Shown piece after piece: positions 32,019 through 41,724 of a DNA stretch of 64,000 nt. Origin of the DNA: Mesorhizobium sp. (lineage in GTDB: Bacteria; Pseudomonadota; Alphaproteobacteria; Rhizobiales; Rhizobiaceae); NCBI RefSeq assembly GCF_004020365.1, contig NZ_SAQR01000009.1. The stretch is one strand, 5' to 3'. The position numbers were made by a program, and so were the translations under genes. The notes beneath the pieces were generated by a model. That model saw only the letters and a list, made by a program, of their open reading frames with translations, was not told where the DNA came from and did no database searches. Within the stretch, counting starts at the first letter, position 1, and every line of letters begins with the position of its first letter.

Positions 32019-32829
32019 GTGTCAGTCATGAATCTCCTGACTGGCGCGGATCAGGCCGATTGGCGGGATGAAAGATCATACGACTACACCGCTGGCCTGA
32101 CGCTGCGGGAGTGGGCTTGGGAGTTCTTACGCCGCAATCCAGCGTTCCAGCGCGATCTGACCGCTGCGCGCCAGCACTGCAAGACTTGGTCTCTCCAACC
32201 CTTTCTCGATATGGTCGCGTCGGCCGGCGACCTGTCACGCTGGGGTGTTCTGTTTCGCGGAGTCTTGTGGCCGCGCTTCGGTCGTATTCTGGTGTCCGCT
32301 CTGGTGCGTCCATGTGCTGCCGGTCATTGCGGAACGGTTGCCTGCCTCGTCGCCGACACCGCCGTTCGAACTCTCGGCATTGCCCTGTCGTGCAACCGTC
32401 CTGCTGGCGCCCGACAAGAGCCAGCATGTTCTTCTTCGCAATGCGGACCACGCGCTGCAGCTCGCCGTCTCGGGCGCGAATATCCTCCACCCTGTTTGCC
32501 TGCATACGCAAGCCATCTGGCCCGCGGTGCTTTTAAAGCATCGACTGAGGGGACTGGAGTGCCTCAATGCTCTCAGTCTAGGGCAACAGTTGCCCCCCCG
32601 CTTGTTTGCGCCGGAAAAGCGCGGCGTCCGTTTGTCCTTCGTTCTTCGTGCGCTCGACGGTTCGCTCGCCGGAGCACCTCATCGCGAGCTCGCCGAAGTT
32701 CTCATCGGTCAACGGCGCGTCCATGCCGACTGGGCGGATCCTCGCGATCATCTGCGCGACCGCATCCGTCGGGCCGTCTCGCGTGGCCGCGCGCTCATGA
32801 ATGGTGGCTACAGAGATTTCCTAATTTGA
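32019..32829 (+). CDS. fseA: FseA-like transcriptional activator (DUF6499 + DUF2285) assembled by programmed +1 frameshift
   Basis: WAWEFLRRN in frame 0; slippery site TGG.GGT.GTT.CTG.TTT.C at 32241-32256; the +1 frame continues FAE...VFWCP to LRALDG...RAVSRGRALMNGGYRDFL*. The fused product is ~269 aa. Confidence 0.82.
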
Positions 32830-33320
32830 AAAGCGACAGTCCGCGCTGTGCGTCGGTGGATGAACGTTCGCTCGCAGCTGTACCCGTCACCAACAGTTCG
32901 CCCGCCGACAGGACTGCATGGCGCCTTGCAAGGTGCGCTCTGGTCTAGCTTGTCGATGCGGAAATGAGATCGGCGAGGGTGCCAAGGCGGTGGTTCATTA
33001 GGGCCGGCCTCGAACTGGACCCACATCAGTGGTCGGAAAGCGGCGTGCACCGCAATGTCGCCATAGCAGCCAAGATCCTTTGAGTCCGGACATGCAGACC
33101 TGTTGGACCGGCGATCGTTGAAGGTGCAACTGTATGGAGGGATTTAAAGCTTAACACTGTCCCCTGGACCGACAGCTCGGTCAGACATCGCACCCACCGC
33201 TTGATTATGGAAATGGTGTGCCTGGAGTACAGCGGGTAGCGCTTGCTGCGCACTGTCCTAAGAATAGCAATCATGACCCGTCTGGGGGTCTGCAACACGA
33301 CGATCCAACCGCTTGGGCAT

Positions 33321-33413
33321 TGTCGCATATCCCACAATGTAGAGTGCGCAACAGGGCAAAAGCTGATCCATCGGCGGTTTATCAATGCTTTTTGGCTTGG
33401 CACGGTACATGCA
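33321..33413 (+). promoter_or_regulatory. NifA/sigma54 promoter with two perfect UAS
   Basis: TGT-N10-ACA at 33321-33336 and 33338-33353; TGGCACGGTACATGCA at 33398-33413. Confidence 0.85.
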
Positions 33414-33634
33414 ACGCAATCGGCAAAAGGCGCACGAACTGAGTGGCCCCATCGGCCCTAGGAGCGCTGACTTATGCCCTCCCAAGGCATGTCCGGCCCG
33501 GCAGCGAGCTCAGTCTCCTGCCGGGCATCCGTGTTTCAGGTCAACGGCGTTTGGAACTTCAAATTAGGTGGCGGCATTGACCGCAGGCCGCCCCCGGTGG
33601 CCGGCCGGTGGGCGGAGAGACAGTGCAGCAGGTT

Positions 33635-35092
33635 TCAAATCCCGCCCATGCAAAGATATTTCATTTCCAGATAGTCCTCGAGGCCATGGCGGGAACCCTC
33701 CCGCCCGATGCCGGATTGTTTAATACCGCCAAACGGTGCCGCCTCCGAGGACATGCGTCCCGTGTTGATGCCAACCATGCCATATTCCAGAGCCTCTGCC
33801 ACACGCCAGACCCGCTTCATGTTGGAGGCATAGAAGTATGCGGCGAGGCCGTAAATCGTGTCATTGGCCTCGCGCACGACCTGATCCGCATCGTTGAAGC
33901 GAATGATCGGCGCCAGCGGCCCGAATGTCTCCTCTTGCGCGACTGCCATGACGCTGGAAATCTCGGTGAGGACCGTGGGTTTGAAAAACGTGCCATTCTT
34001 GCCGATACGTTGGCCCCCGCATCGTATTGTGCCGCCTTTCGCAATGGCATCTGCGATGTGAGACTCTATCTTGGCCAGAGCATGCCTGTCGATGAGCGGT
34101 CCGATGTCCACTCCGGCATCGAATCCGTCGCCAACCGACAAGTGCCGGACTTTCTCCACGAATTTCTTGACGAACTCATCGTGAACGCTCGATTGGACGT
34201 AAATACGGTTCGCCGAAACGCAGGTCTGGCCGGCATTGCGAAACTTCGCCTGGATCGCACCGTCAACAGCAGCGTCGATGTCGGCATCATCGAAGATGAT
34301 GAAAGGTGCGTTGCCGCCGAGCTCAAGGCTAACCTTCTTGATCTGGTCAGAGCACTGACGCATCAGCAGCCGCCCGACCTCGGTCGAACCGGTGAAGCTG
34401 ATCTTGCGGATCTTGGAATTGGTGCAGAGTTCACGGCCGACGCGATCACCTTCGGACGCATAGATCAGGTTGACCACGCCATCGGGAAAGCCGGCCTGAT
34501 GGGCAAGGGCGAACATTGCGCCAGCCACGAGCGGCGTCTGTTCAGCGGGCTTGAGCACGATCGTGCAGCCCGCAGCCAAGGCCGGCGAGATTTTGCGCGC
34601 CACCATGGAGGCCGGGAAATTCCATGGCGTGATCGTGCCAACAACGCCGATGGGCTGCTTGATCACTAGCATTCGGCGGTCTGTCGAGGGTGCCGAGATC
34701 GTCTCGCCATAGACGCGATTGGCCTCCTCGGCATACCATTGCAGATACGCCGCCGCATGCGATACCTCTGACATGGCTTCGGCAAGCGGCTTGCCCATTT
34801 CCGCAGTCAGAATCGCGGCGAGATCGCCTGCATGGTCGATGATCAGCTGATGCCATCGCCAAAGAACGTCGCTACGCTCTCGGGCAGTCAACGCGGCCCA
34901 TCCCGACTGCGCAACATAGGCCTTGTCTACCGCAGCACGTGTCTCCTCCACGCCCATATCAGGAAGCTCTGCCAAAACTTCGCCGGTCGACGGATTGACG
35001 ACCTCGAACGTCTTATTGCCAACCGGTCTGCCAAGTGCCGGCAGGCGGTCCATGGCTCCAAACAGGTGCGGGGATTTCAGACGGCGGATCAT
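33635..35092 (-). CDS. gabD: NAD(P)-dependent succinate-semialdehyde dehydrogenase
   Basis: Complete ALDH motif set ([30 protein letters not shown]). Start uncertain; ATG 35092 gives 485 aa. Confidence 0.92.
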   Translation of the reverse strand: MIRRLKSPHLFGAMDRLPALGRPVGNKTFEVVNPSTGEVLAELPDMGVEETRAAVDKAYVAQSGWAALTARERSDVLWRWHQLIIDHAGDLAAILTAEMGKPLAEAMSEVSHAAAYLQWYAEEANRVYGETISAPSTDRRMLVIKQPIGVVGTITPWNFPASMVARKISPALAAGCTIVLKPAEQTPLVAGAMFALAHQAGFPDGVVNLIYASEGDRVGRELCTNSKIRKISFTGSTEVGRLLMRQCSDQIKKVSLELGGNAPFIIFDDADIDAAVDGAIQAKFRNAGQTCVSANRIYVQSSVHDEFVKKFVEKVRHLSVGDGFDAGVDIGPLIDRHALAKIESHIADAIAKGGTIRCGGQRIGKNGTFFKPTVLTEISSVMAVAQEETFGPLAPIIRFNDADQVVREANDTIYGLAAYFYASNMKRVWRVAEALEYGMVGINTGRMSSEAAPFGGIKQSGIGREGSRHGLEDYLEMKYLCMGGI

Positions 35093-35515
35093 CGGCAGGC
35101 ACAGGGGCAATACCGGATTCCTCCTCAACGCAGCGAACATCCAGGTCGACAGGCCGTCGGTGTGTATTCTGCACCAGCGGGTTCGTCCTAGGGCCTCGGC
35201 AAAGCAGCTGGTAGACCAAACATACGACAACAGTTCCGTTAGTTTGAGTGCCCGCGGTTCATCAGTTGATGGATTGAGCAGCCGGATGTTTGCTTCGTCC
35301 ACCCGCTGCCTGCTGGTGGCGTGCGAGTGTATTCTGCAAAAGGCGGCATACATGCTGAGGAGCGCCGTTTCGGCGAGAGGCCCCTGGACCGCCAATGCCG
35401 CGCAAGGCCCGCGAAACGACTCCGCGGGTCTGCATGATCTGCTTGGCCCACCGGCCTCCATATTCGCTCTTCCCACGAGAAGCCCCAAGGAAGAAGGAAG
35501 GCGAGATGAGTTTCT

Positions 35516-38189
35516 TTACTCATCCTTGCCGCCCAGCGGCGGGCCGACCACCAAAATGGCGGGCTCGGCCGAAAGCAGCTTCTTGGCCGCCGCCTTGACC
35601 TGTTTGAGCGTCACCCGACCGATGCTGCGGGCGCGACGCTGGTTGTAGTCGACGTCGGCCTTGTGAATCTGCAAATCCAGGAGCCGGTCTGCAATCGAGC
35701 TGGTCGAGCCCAGACGGTCAATGGCATAGGTGCCGATCAGGTGCTTCTTCGCCGCCTTGAGCTCGGCCCCGGTCGGTCCTTGCTGCGCCATCTGCTTTAC
35801 CACATCTCGCACGATGCTCAGCGTTTGGGCGGCGCAGTCCGAGCGTGTCTCTGTCGTAACCAGAAGCTTGTCAAGGGTCAGTTCAGAGCTGACGTGATAG
35901 GCAAGGCCGCGTTTTTCGCGCACCTCCTCGAAAAGGCGGGAAGTCATGCCCGAGCCGCCGAGGATGTCATTCATCAGCACGGTGGCGAAGTGATCCGGCG
36001 CGCTACGCTTCACGCCAGGCCAGGCCAATCGCAGCGAAGTCTGCGGCAGGTCGCAGTTCTCCTCCACCAGTTGGCCGAGCTTCGGTACAATCGGCGACGG
36101 GGGCGAGGGTTTGTTGCTCAGGCAAGTCACCAAACAGCTGGTCGAGCCTTTCCCTCAGCGTGTTTGCATCAATGTCACCGACCACGGCAATATGGAGCCC
36201 GTCGCGAGCGAAAATCGCCTTGTGGAAGGCGAGGAGGTCGGGCGGCGTGATGCCGGCGAGGCTCTCTTTTGTGCCTTCTCCCGGCCTCGAAAAAGGATGC
36301 GTGCCATAGATCGCGCGCAGCCATTTGCGCTGAGCGATTGCGTCAGGGTCGCGCTCGCTGCCGACGATGTCGGAGACAATCTCGGCGCGGACGCGATCGA
36401 TCGGCCCCTGGTCGAAGCGCGGCGCGTTGAGTGCGAGCCGAAGCAGGCCGAACGCGGCGTCCTGCTGTTTGGGAAGCATGCACACCGATCCGCAGATGTA
36501 GTGTCTTTGCGCCTCCAAACCCATCTCGGCGCCGGCATCGTCGAGCTTCATCTGGAAGGCATCGCTGTCGTAATTACCGGCGCCTTCGATGAACAGGCCG
36601 GCCATCAGATTGGCCATCCCCTCCTTCCCGACCGGGTCCTGCGTGATGCCGCCGTTGAAGGCAAAGCCGATGTTGACGATTTCCACTGTGTGGTCCTCCA
36701 CCAGCCAGGCGATCATGCCCTTTTCGGACTTCACCTCCTGGATGTTCATCGCAGCATGGGGCTGAGCGCCGAGCGTCATCTCTTCATTCTCCGTCTTGGG
36801 CAAGAGATAGCCCGTGGTCGAACGGTCGAACGCGAGATAGCGGGCGGCAACTGCTTTGATTTGCGCGGCGGTAACCCTGCGGATGCGAGACGGCCGTTCC
36901 TCGACATCTTTCACGGTGCCGCCGGTGGCCAGCGTCGAGCCGTATATGCAGGCGAGGTCGTCCTGGTCGTCTTCGGCAAAGATCATATCGCGCACAAAGC
37001 GCTCCTTGGCCTTGCCCAGTTCCTCGCTGCTGACACCATCCTTGGCAATGCGAGCGACTTCGGCAGCGGCCGCCGCTTCGAGATCGGCCAGCTTGGCATC
37101 GCCGCGCGGCGCGCCATAGATGGCGAACCTGGTGTCGTCGAGCATGGTGCCCTGGAAATAGGCGCAGGCGCTGGAAGCGATACCTTGCTGGACAGCGAGC
37201 GCCTGGTAGAGCCGGCTGCGGTTACCGCCGCCGAGGATTTCGGACAGCAGGTCGAGCGCTTCGGCCTCGCCCGGCTTGGCGGTATGGTAAGACGGCACCA
37301 CCCACTGCGTCGAAAAACTGGGCACGCTGACGCGGGCGTCGGAGAGCGTGACGGTGCGCCTGGTGTTCTGCTCGGGCTCAACCGGCCGGATGCGCGGCGG
37401 CAGGTCGGGCCCGCGCGCCACCTTGCCATAGGTCTTCTCGGCCAGCACCTTCACCGTCTCCGGCTCGACATCGCCGGCCACGATCAGCACGGAGTTGTTG
37501 GGCCAGTAGTATTTTTCATAGAAGGCGGTGGCGTCGACGCGGTTCAGCTGCTCGATCTCCTGCATCCAGCCGATGATCGGGATGCGATAGGGCTGGTTCT
37601 GCCACAGCGTCGCGTCGATCTCCTCATGGAGCACGTCCTGCGGGTTGGTGTCGGTGCTTGAGCGGCGCTCCTCGATGACCACGTCGCGCTCGGTCTTGAC
37701 GACATCGTCGGTGAGGATGAGGTTTCGCATTCGGTCGGCCTCGAAGCTCATCATCAGCTCGAGCGCCGACGGCGCCACTGTCTGATAGAAGGCGGTGTAG
37801 TCGGAGGAGGTGAAGGCATTTTGCGAGCCGCCGATCTCGAACACTGCGCGGTCGAATTCGCCGGCCGCATGGTTGGTCGTCGCCTTGAACATCAGATGCT
37901 CGAAAAAATGGGCAATGCCGGATTTGCCCGGCGGCTCGTCGGCGCTGCCGATCTTGTACCACACCATGTGGCTGACGATCGGCGCCCGGTGGTTGGGAAT
38001 GACGACCACCTCCATGCCGTTGTCGAGCACGAAATCCGTCGCCTTGCCGTCCTCCCATGCGACGGGGACCGGAGCCGTCCTCGCGCCGCCCAACTCGGTC
38101 GCAACGGACGTCCTGCGAAGCCCGTGAGTGCGGGGCTTGCTTGGTAGTTCTGATAGGGAGAGTGGGATTATGGGCTGGGTTCCTGGCAA
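35516..38189 (-). pseudogene. M16 peptidase pair (y4wA/y4wB-like) fused in frame, with a frameshift near 36090
   Basis: HFFEH inverted zinc motif and NAFTS in the first unit, read-through at [10 protein letters not shown] (36779) into the second unit, and the C-terminal RGLAY segment in another frame. Confidence 0.85.
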
Positions 38190-38402
38190 AGTGATTTGTT
38201 CCTCATTTTGAAGGCTCTATGTCTCCCGACGCCTATTGGGAGAAAGTGGATCGGCACGCGACGCCGAGCCAGATGAGCCGTCAGCGTGTTGCCGGGCCTG
38301 ACGCGGGCCTCATCTTTGGATGCGTCCGGGGAACGTTCGGCAGTATTTTGGTGGGGCCATGGGAAGTCTGCTCGTTATCCATTGGGTGTTTGCGGATACC
38401 TG

Positions 38403-38494
38403 AGCATGCGCCGTGCCAAGTAAGAAAGCCCCGATTTGCAAGGTTTGATCCAACCTTGATACTTGCGATATCCGACATTGTCGGGCATCCGACA
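38403..38494 (-). promoter_or_regulatory. NifA/sigma54 promoter of the M16-gabD block
   Basis: Minus strand TGGCACGGCGCATGCT at 38403-38418; a second GG-N10-GC at 38437-38453; perfect TGTCGGGCATCCGACA at 38479-38494. Confidence 0.82.
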
Positions 38495-39765
38495 GAAAGC
38501 GCCTTTCGCCGGCGCGCCGGCTACGGCGCTCGCCTCCTCCGGCGTGACGACGATCCTTTGGCGGGCGCCGCGCACACCGATCTGCCCGCCTATCAGCACC
38601 GCGACATCGAAGGACAACGCGATCGTGACTGATGGGTCTTACGCAAACATGCAGCAGTGCCACCGCCATCAGGACTTCATCCGCCCCTCAAAGCCCCGAG
38701 CGCGAGGGGACGACGTGTAAGGCAACATGTCATCCTCGACAATGATGCCGCGCATAAAGAGGTAAGGTCCCTCGTCGTACCGGCGAGCCCCTTCGCTGGG
38801 TTCGCCGAGGGTCTGGTTTGCGAACGTCGACCGACAGCATCACGCATGGGCGGCCGGATCGATAGACAAGCATTGACCGTGCCACCAGCGCATTGAGGGC
38901 AGCGCAGAGTCCAATTGGCCTGTGCCAGCCGGTATGCTGGAGCTTCAAGTGTGGCCAGCCAAGCGGGCTGGGATATCCTGGACCGTCCAGATTGCAACGC
39001 ACGACGCCTGGTCATCGCCCGAACGTTCATTGACGCTCAGCGAAGCTTGCGTCATCCGGACGATCTGGGAAAAGCTTGGCCGGGCCGGCGCCTTCCCAGG
39101 CGCACGGGACGCGCGACGACCCATGTGGACCTTGGATTTCACTCCGCACCTACGCTGCTTTGGCCTTGTCAGCAGCCTGGGCGGCATAGCTGAGTCCCGC
39201 CCTTGCTCAATCTGCCAAACCATCTCGCTCACAAGCGATCGGGTGGTTTGTGCCGTCTGAACGCGCATTGTCAACTTGCCGACAGTCTGGGGTTCCGAAC
39301 CCGACAGTTGATTCAAACCGACAATGGCCCGCCTCAGAAGCAGGCAACCGCGCTTCGTAGCAGGCCGAAGCTAATCGAGGTTCGCGGGTCTCGGTTTGAG
39401 TGTGCAGTGTCGCTGCGCGCCTGATCTTTCGGTCTGATGACAAAAACATCGTCATTTTGGCCGACGATATCGGTCAGGAGCGGGTATTGCGGTCGAGCAG
39501 CGACCCAAGCACGTCCACAAGATGTGCCGAGTTTGCAGGGTTGGGTCATTGTTTCTGTCGACGTTTGAGCGACAGCGCACGACGAAACGTCTGGCATACG
39601 CCTCGTCTGGCACGCGCCTCGCATGTGTGGCAGGTGCTGCTGGAGATCAGGCGGTCGAGTGGGCCTTGCAATTTTCCGATTTTGCTGCGCCTAAAGTCTC
39701 GTGTACAAATCAGGCTGGCGTGAATGGCCTGCCTAAGTTGCGACTTGTTACAAAGGAATGGATAT

Positions 39766-39978
39766 ATGGCGACTGGAACGGTGAAGTGGTTCAACAGCAC
39801 CAAGGGTTTTGGTTTTATTCAGCCCGACAACGGCGGTCAGGATGTCTTTGTCCACATTTCCGCTGTTGAACGAGCGGGCCTGTCGACCCTTAATGAGGGC
39901 CAGAAGATAAACTACGAGGTCGAACAGGATCGCCGCACCGGCAAGTCCTCTGCAGGCAGCCTCAGCAAGGCTGGCTAA
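39766..39978 (+). CDS. cspA: Cold-shock protein
   Basis: [12 protein letters not shown] (RNP1) and DVFVHIS (RNP2); 70 aa. Confidence 0.95.
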   Translation: MATGTVKWFNSTKGFGFIQPDNGGQDVFVHISAVERAGLSTLNEGQKINYEVEQDRRTGKSSAGSLSKAG

Positions 39979-40200
39979 CGCGTGCGGCAAGGATGCGGCA
40001 TACTCCGAACGCATTGACCGGCTCGAAACCCGGCCGGAGCATGCAACCAGGTAATGCCGCGGCAGCGATTGCTGGAGCCGTCGCGAATTCCTCTGGAATG
40101 AGGCTCTTGGACGGGAAAGGCGGGGCTCGTCCCCGCCTTTTGATTCCGCGCAGATTGGGCCTACGGCTGCCGCGCGTCCCGAACGACTGTTGATACGGAT

Positions 40201-40671
40201 TTAGGCTGCGACCTTTTTGCGGGTCCGTTTCGCCGGCGCCGGCACCGGGGCTTCCGGCTCTTTCGGTTTGCGGCCGAGTCCGATGGTCTTGGCCAAGGCG
40301 GAGCGCGTAGCGGCGTAATTCGGCGCCACCATCGGATAATCCGACGGCAGACCCCATTTGGCGCGATATTCGTCCGGGGTCAGACCATAGTGCGTCGACA
40401 GATGGCGCTTTAGCGATTTGAATTTCTTGCCGTCTTCAAGGCTAATGATGTAGTCCGGTTCGATCGACTTTTTGATCGGGACAGCAGGTTTTTTCACAGG
40501 CACAGGCTCTTCTGCCGGTAATAGTCCGGCCGTGCCTTTTAGAGCCCCGTGCACTTGGGCGATCAGGGCAGGAAGCTCCCCCGCCGGGACGGGGTTGTTG
40601 GAGACGTAGGCTGATACAACCTCGGCAGTGAGCTCGATGAGGATGTCGGTGTTGTGGGCTTCTTCTGTCAT
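40201..40671 (-). CDS. mucR: Ros/MucR-family transcriptional regulator lacking the zinc-binding cysteines
   Basis: LTAEVVSAYVSNN, KSLKRHL and LPSDYPMVAPNYA; has SLED where zinc-binding Ros has CLEC. Confidence 0.92.
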   Translation of the reverse strand: MTEEAHNTDILIELTAEVVSAYVSNNPVPAGELPALIAQVHGALKGTAGLLPAEEPVPVKKPAVPIKKSIEPDYIISLEDGKKFKSLKRHLSTHYGLTPDEYRAKWGLPSDYPMVAPNYAATRSALAKTIGLGRKPKEPEAPVPAPAKRTRKKVAA

Positions 40672-41137
40672 AAACTTCTCCGGGCAGCTTGAAACACAGT
40701 CGGGCGAAGTGTCGCTACATAGTGGCGGTTGACGCTGAAAGCAAATGGATCGACGGGTGCGCTGCTCCCCACCATTGAAGTCTCGGGGAAGTATCCCGTC
40801 ATCGTCCATCGGCCTAGAGGCAGCGTATTGCATTATGGGAGCGGTCGCGCCTGCCCCAAGTTAGAGGCAGGCATTCGCGCGTGAATTAATCAAATCCATC
40901 CTGAGCGTATCTCGCGTGGCAACCACGAAGGCGCTCTGGCAACGAAGCGAGGCGGATGGCCTTGCGGGTGGCCGAGAGATGTCATCCGGCTCTCCTGCCG
41001 ACCTCTGCCGGCCAGATCTGGAGCAACAGCTTTGCGCAGATATGGCTCTCTTCAGAGGCCATCTATGATGGGAGCCGAGCGCGTCTCGAGCCGGGGAATA
41101 GGCTGCACATGCGCTGTGCCCACCTATTGCGATCGTG

Positions 41138-41671
41138 CTAACCTTGGCTGTTCGGACTTGCCGTTAAGGCAAGCGACAGATTGAAGTTATGCTGCACCAT
41201 CTGATTCCCTGGCTCGGTTTCGAGAGCTCGCCGATACAGGGCCTGTGCCGCGTCATGCCGCCCCTCAATGTCCAAGATCACGCCCTTCGCATTCAATGCA
41301 CGTACGTTTGCTGGGGCTGCAACCAAGACGCTGTCGAGCACCTCAACCGCTTCGTGCGGGCGCTTCTGGGCCACCAAGGCTTTTGTAAGCCGTATCGCCG
41401 CATCAACATTGTCCGGGTGCTGCTTCACCTCATTCCGCAAAGCCCGCTCTTGAACATCCTGACCAACTTCGCGCAAAATGCGTTCGCGCATAGCCGGATC
41501 GATTTGATCGGCGCTGAGCAACTCTGGGGAAGATGTCTCCTGCACGGAAAGAGCGGGCTTTTGCCAGCTGGCGCAACCGCCCAAAGGCAGAATGGCGAGT
41601 ACGGCAAAAAGAAGTGAGCTCCGGCGCAGAAACATAGGCGATGGAGAAACTGTATTTCTAACAAATTTCAT
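41138..41671 (-). CDS. TPR lipoprotein of the Rhc T3SS (y4yS-like)
   Basis: Lipobox LGGC, TPR helices (ALNAKGVILD) and position after rhcV. Confidence 0.8.
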   Translation of the reverse strand: MKFVRNTVSPSPMFLRRSSLLFAVLAILPLGGCASWQKPALSVQETSSPELLSADQIDPAMRERILREVGQDVQERALRNEVKQHPDNVDAAIRLTKALVAQKRPHEAVEVLDSVLVAAPANVRALNAKGVILDIEGRHDAAQALYRRALETEPGNQMVQHNFNLSLALTASPNSQG

Positions 41672-41724
41672 ATTATCTCTCGGTTATCAGGGAGGCGGGT
41701 CGCGTTCAGTTAGGAAAGGTGGAA

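Noticed and set aside
35093-35488. Long N-terminal extension of the 617-aa gabD ORF
   Set aside because: It is not ALDH-like and gives an atypical length; treated as open upstream sequence, although the true start could be somewhat upstream of 35092.
36111-37661. Long plus-strand ORF (516 aa); likewise 33608-34669, 10258-11010, 41959-42729 and 26939-28003
   Set aside because: These are antisense shadows of GC-rich genes identified on the opposite strand and carry no motifs of their own.
38530-38640. Possible TauE/SafE exporter fragment (VAVLIGGQIG)
   Set aside because: Only about 15 residues of resemblance; cannot be supported without a search.
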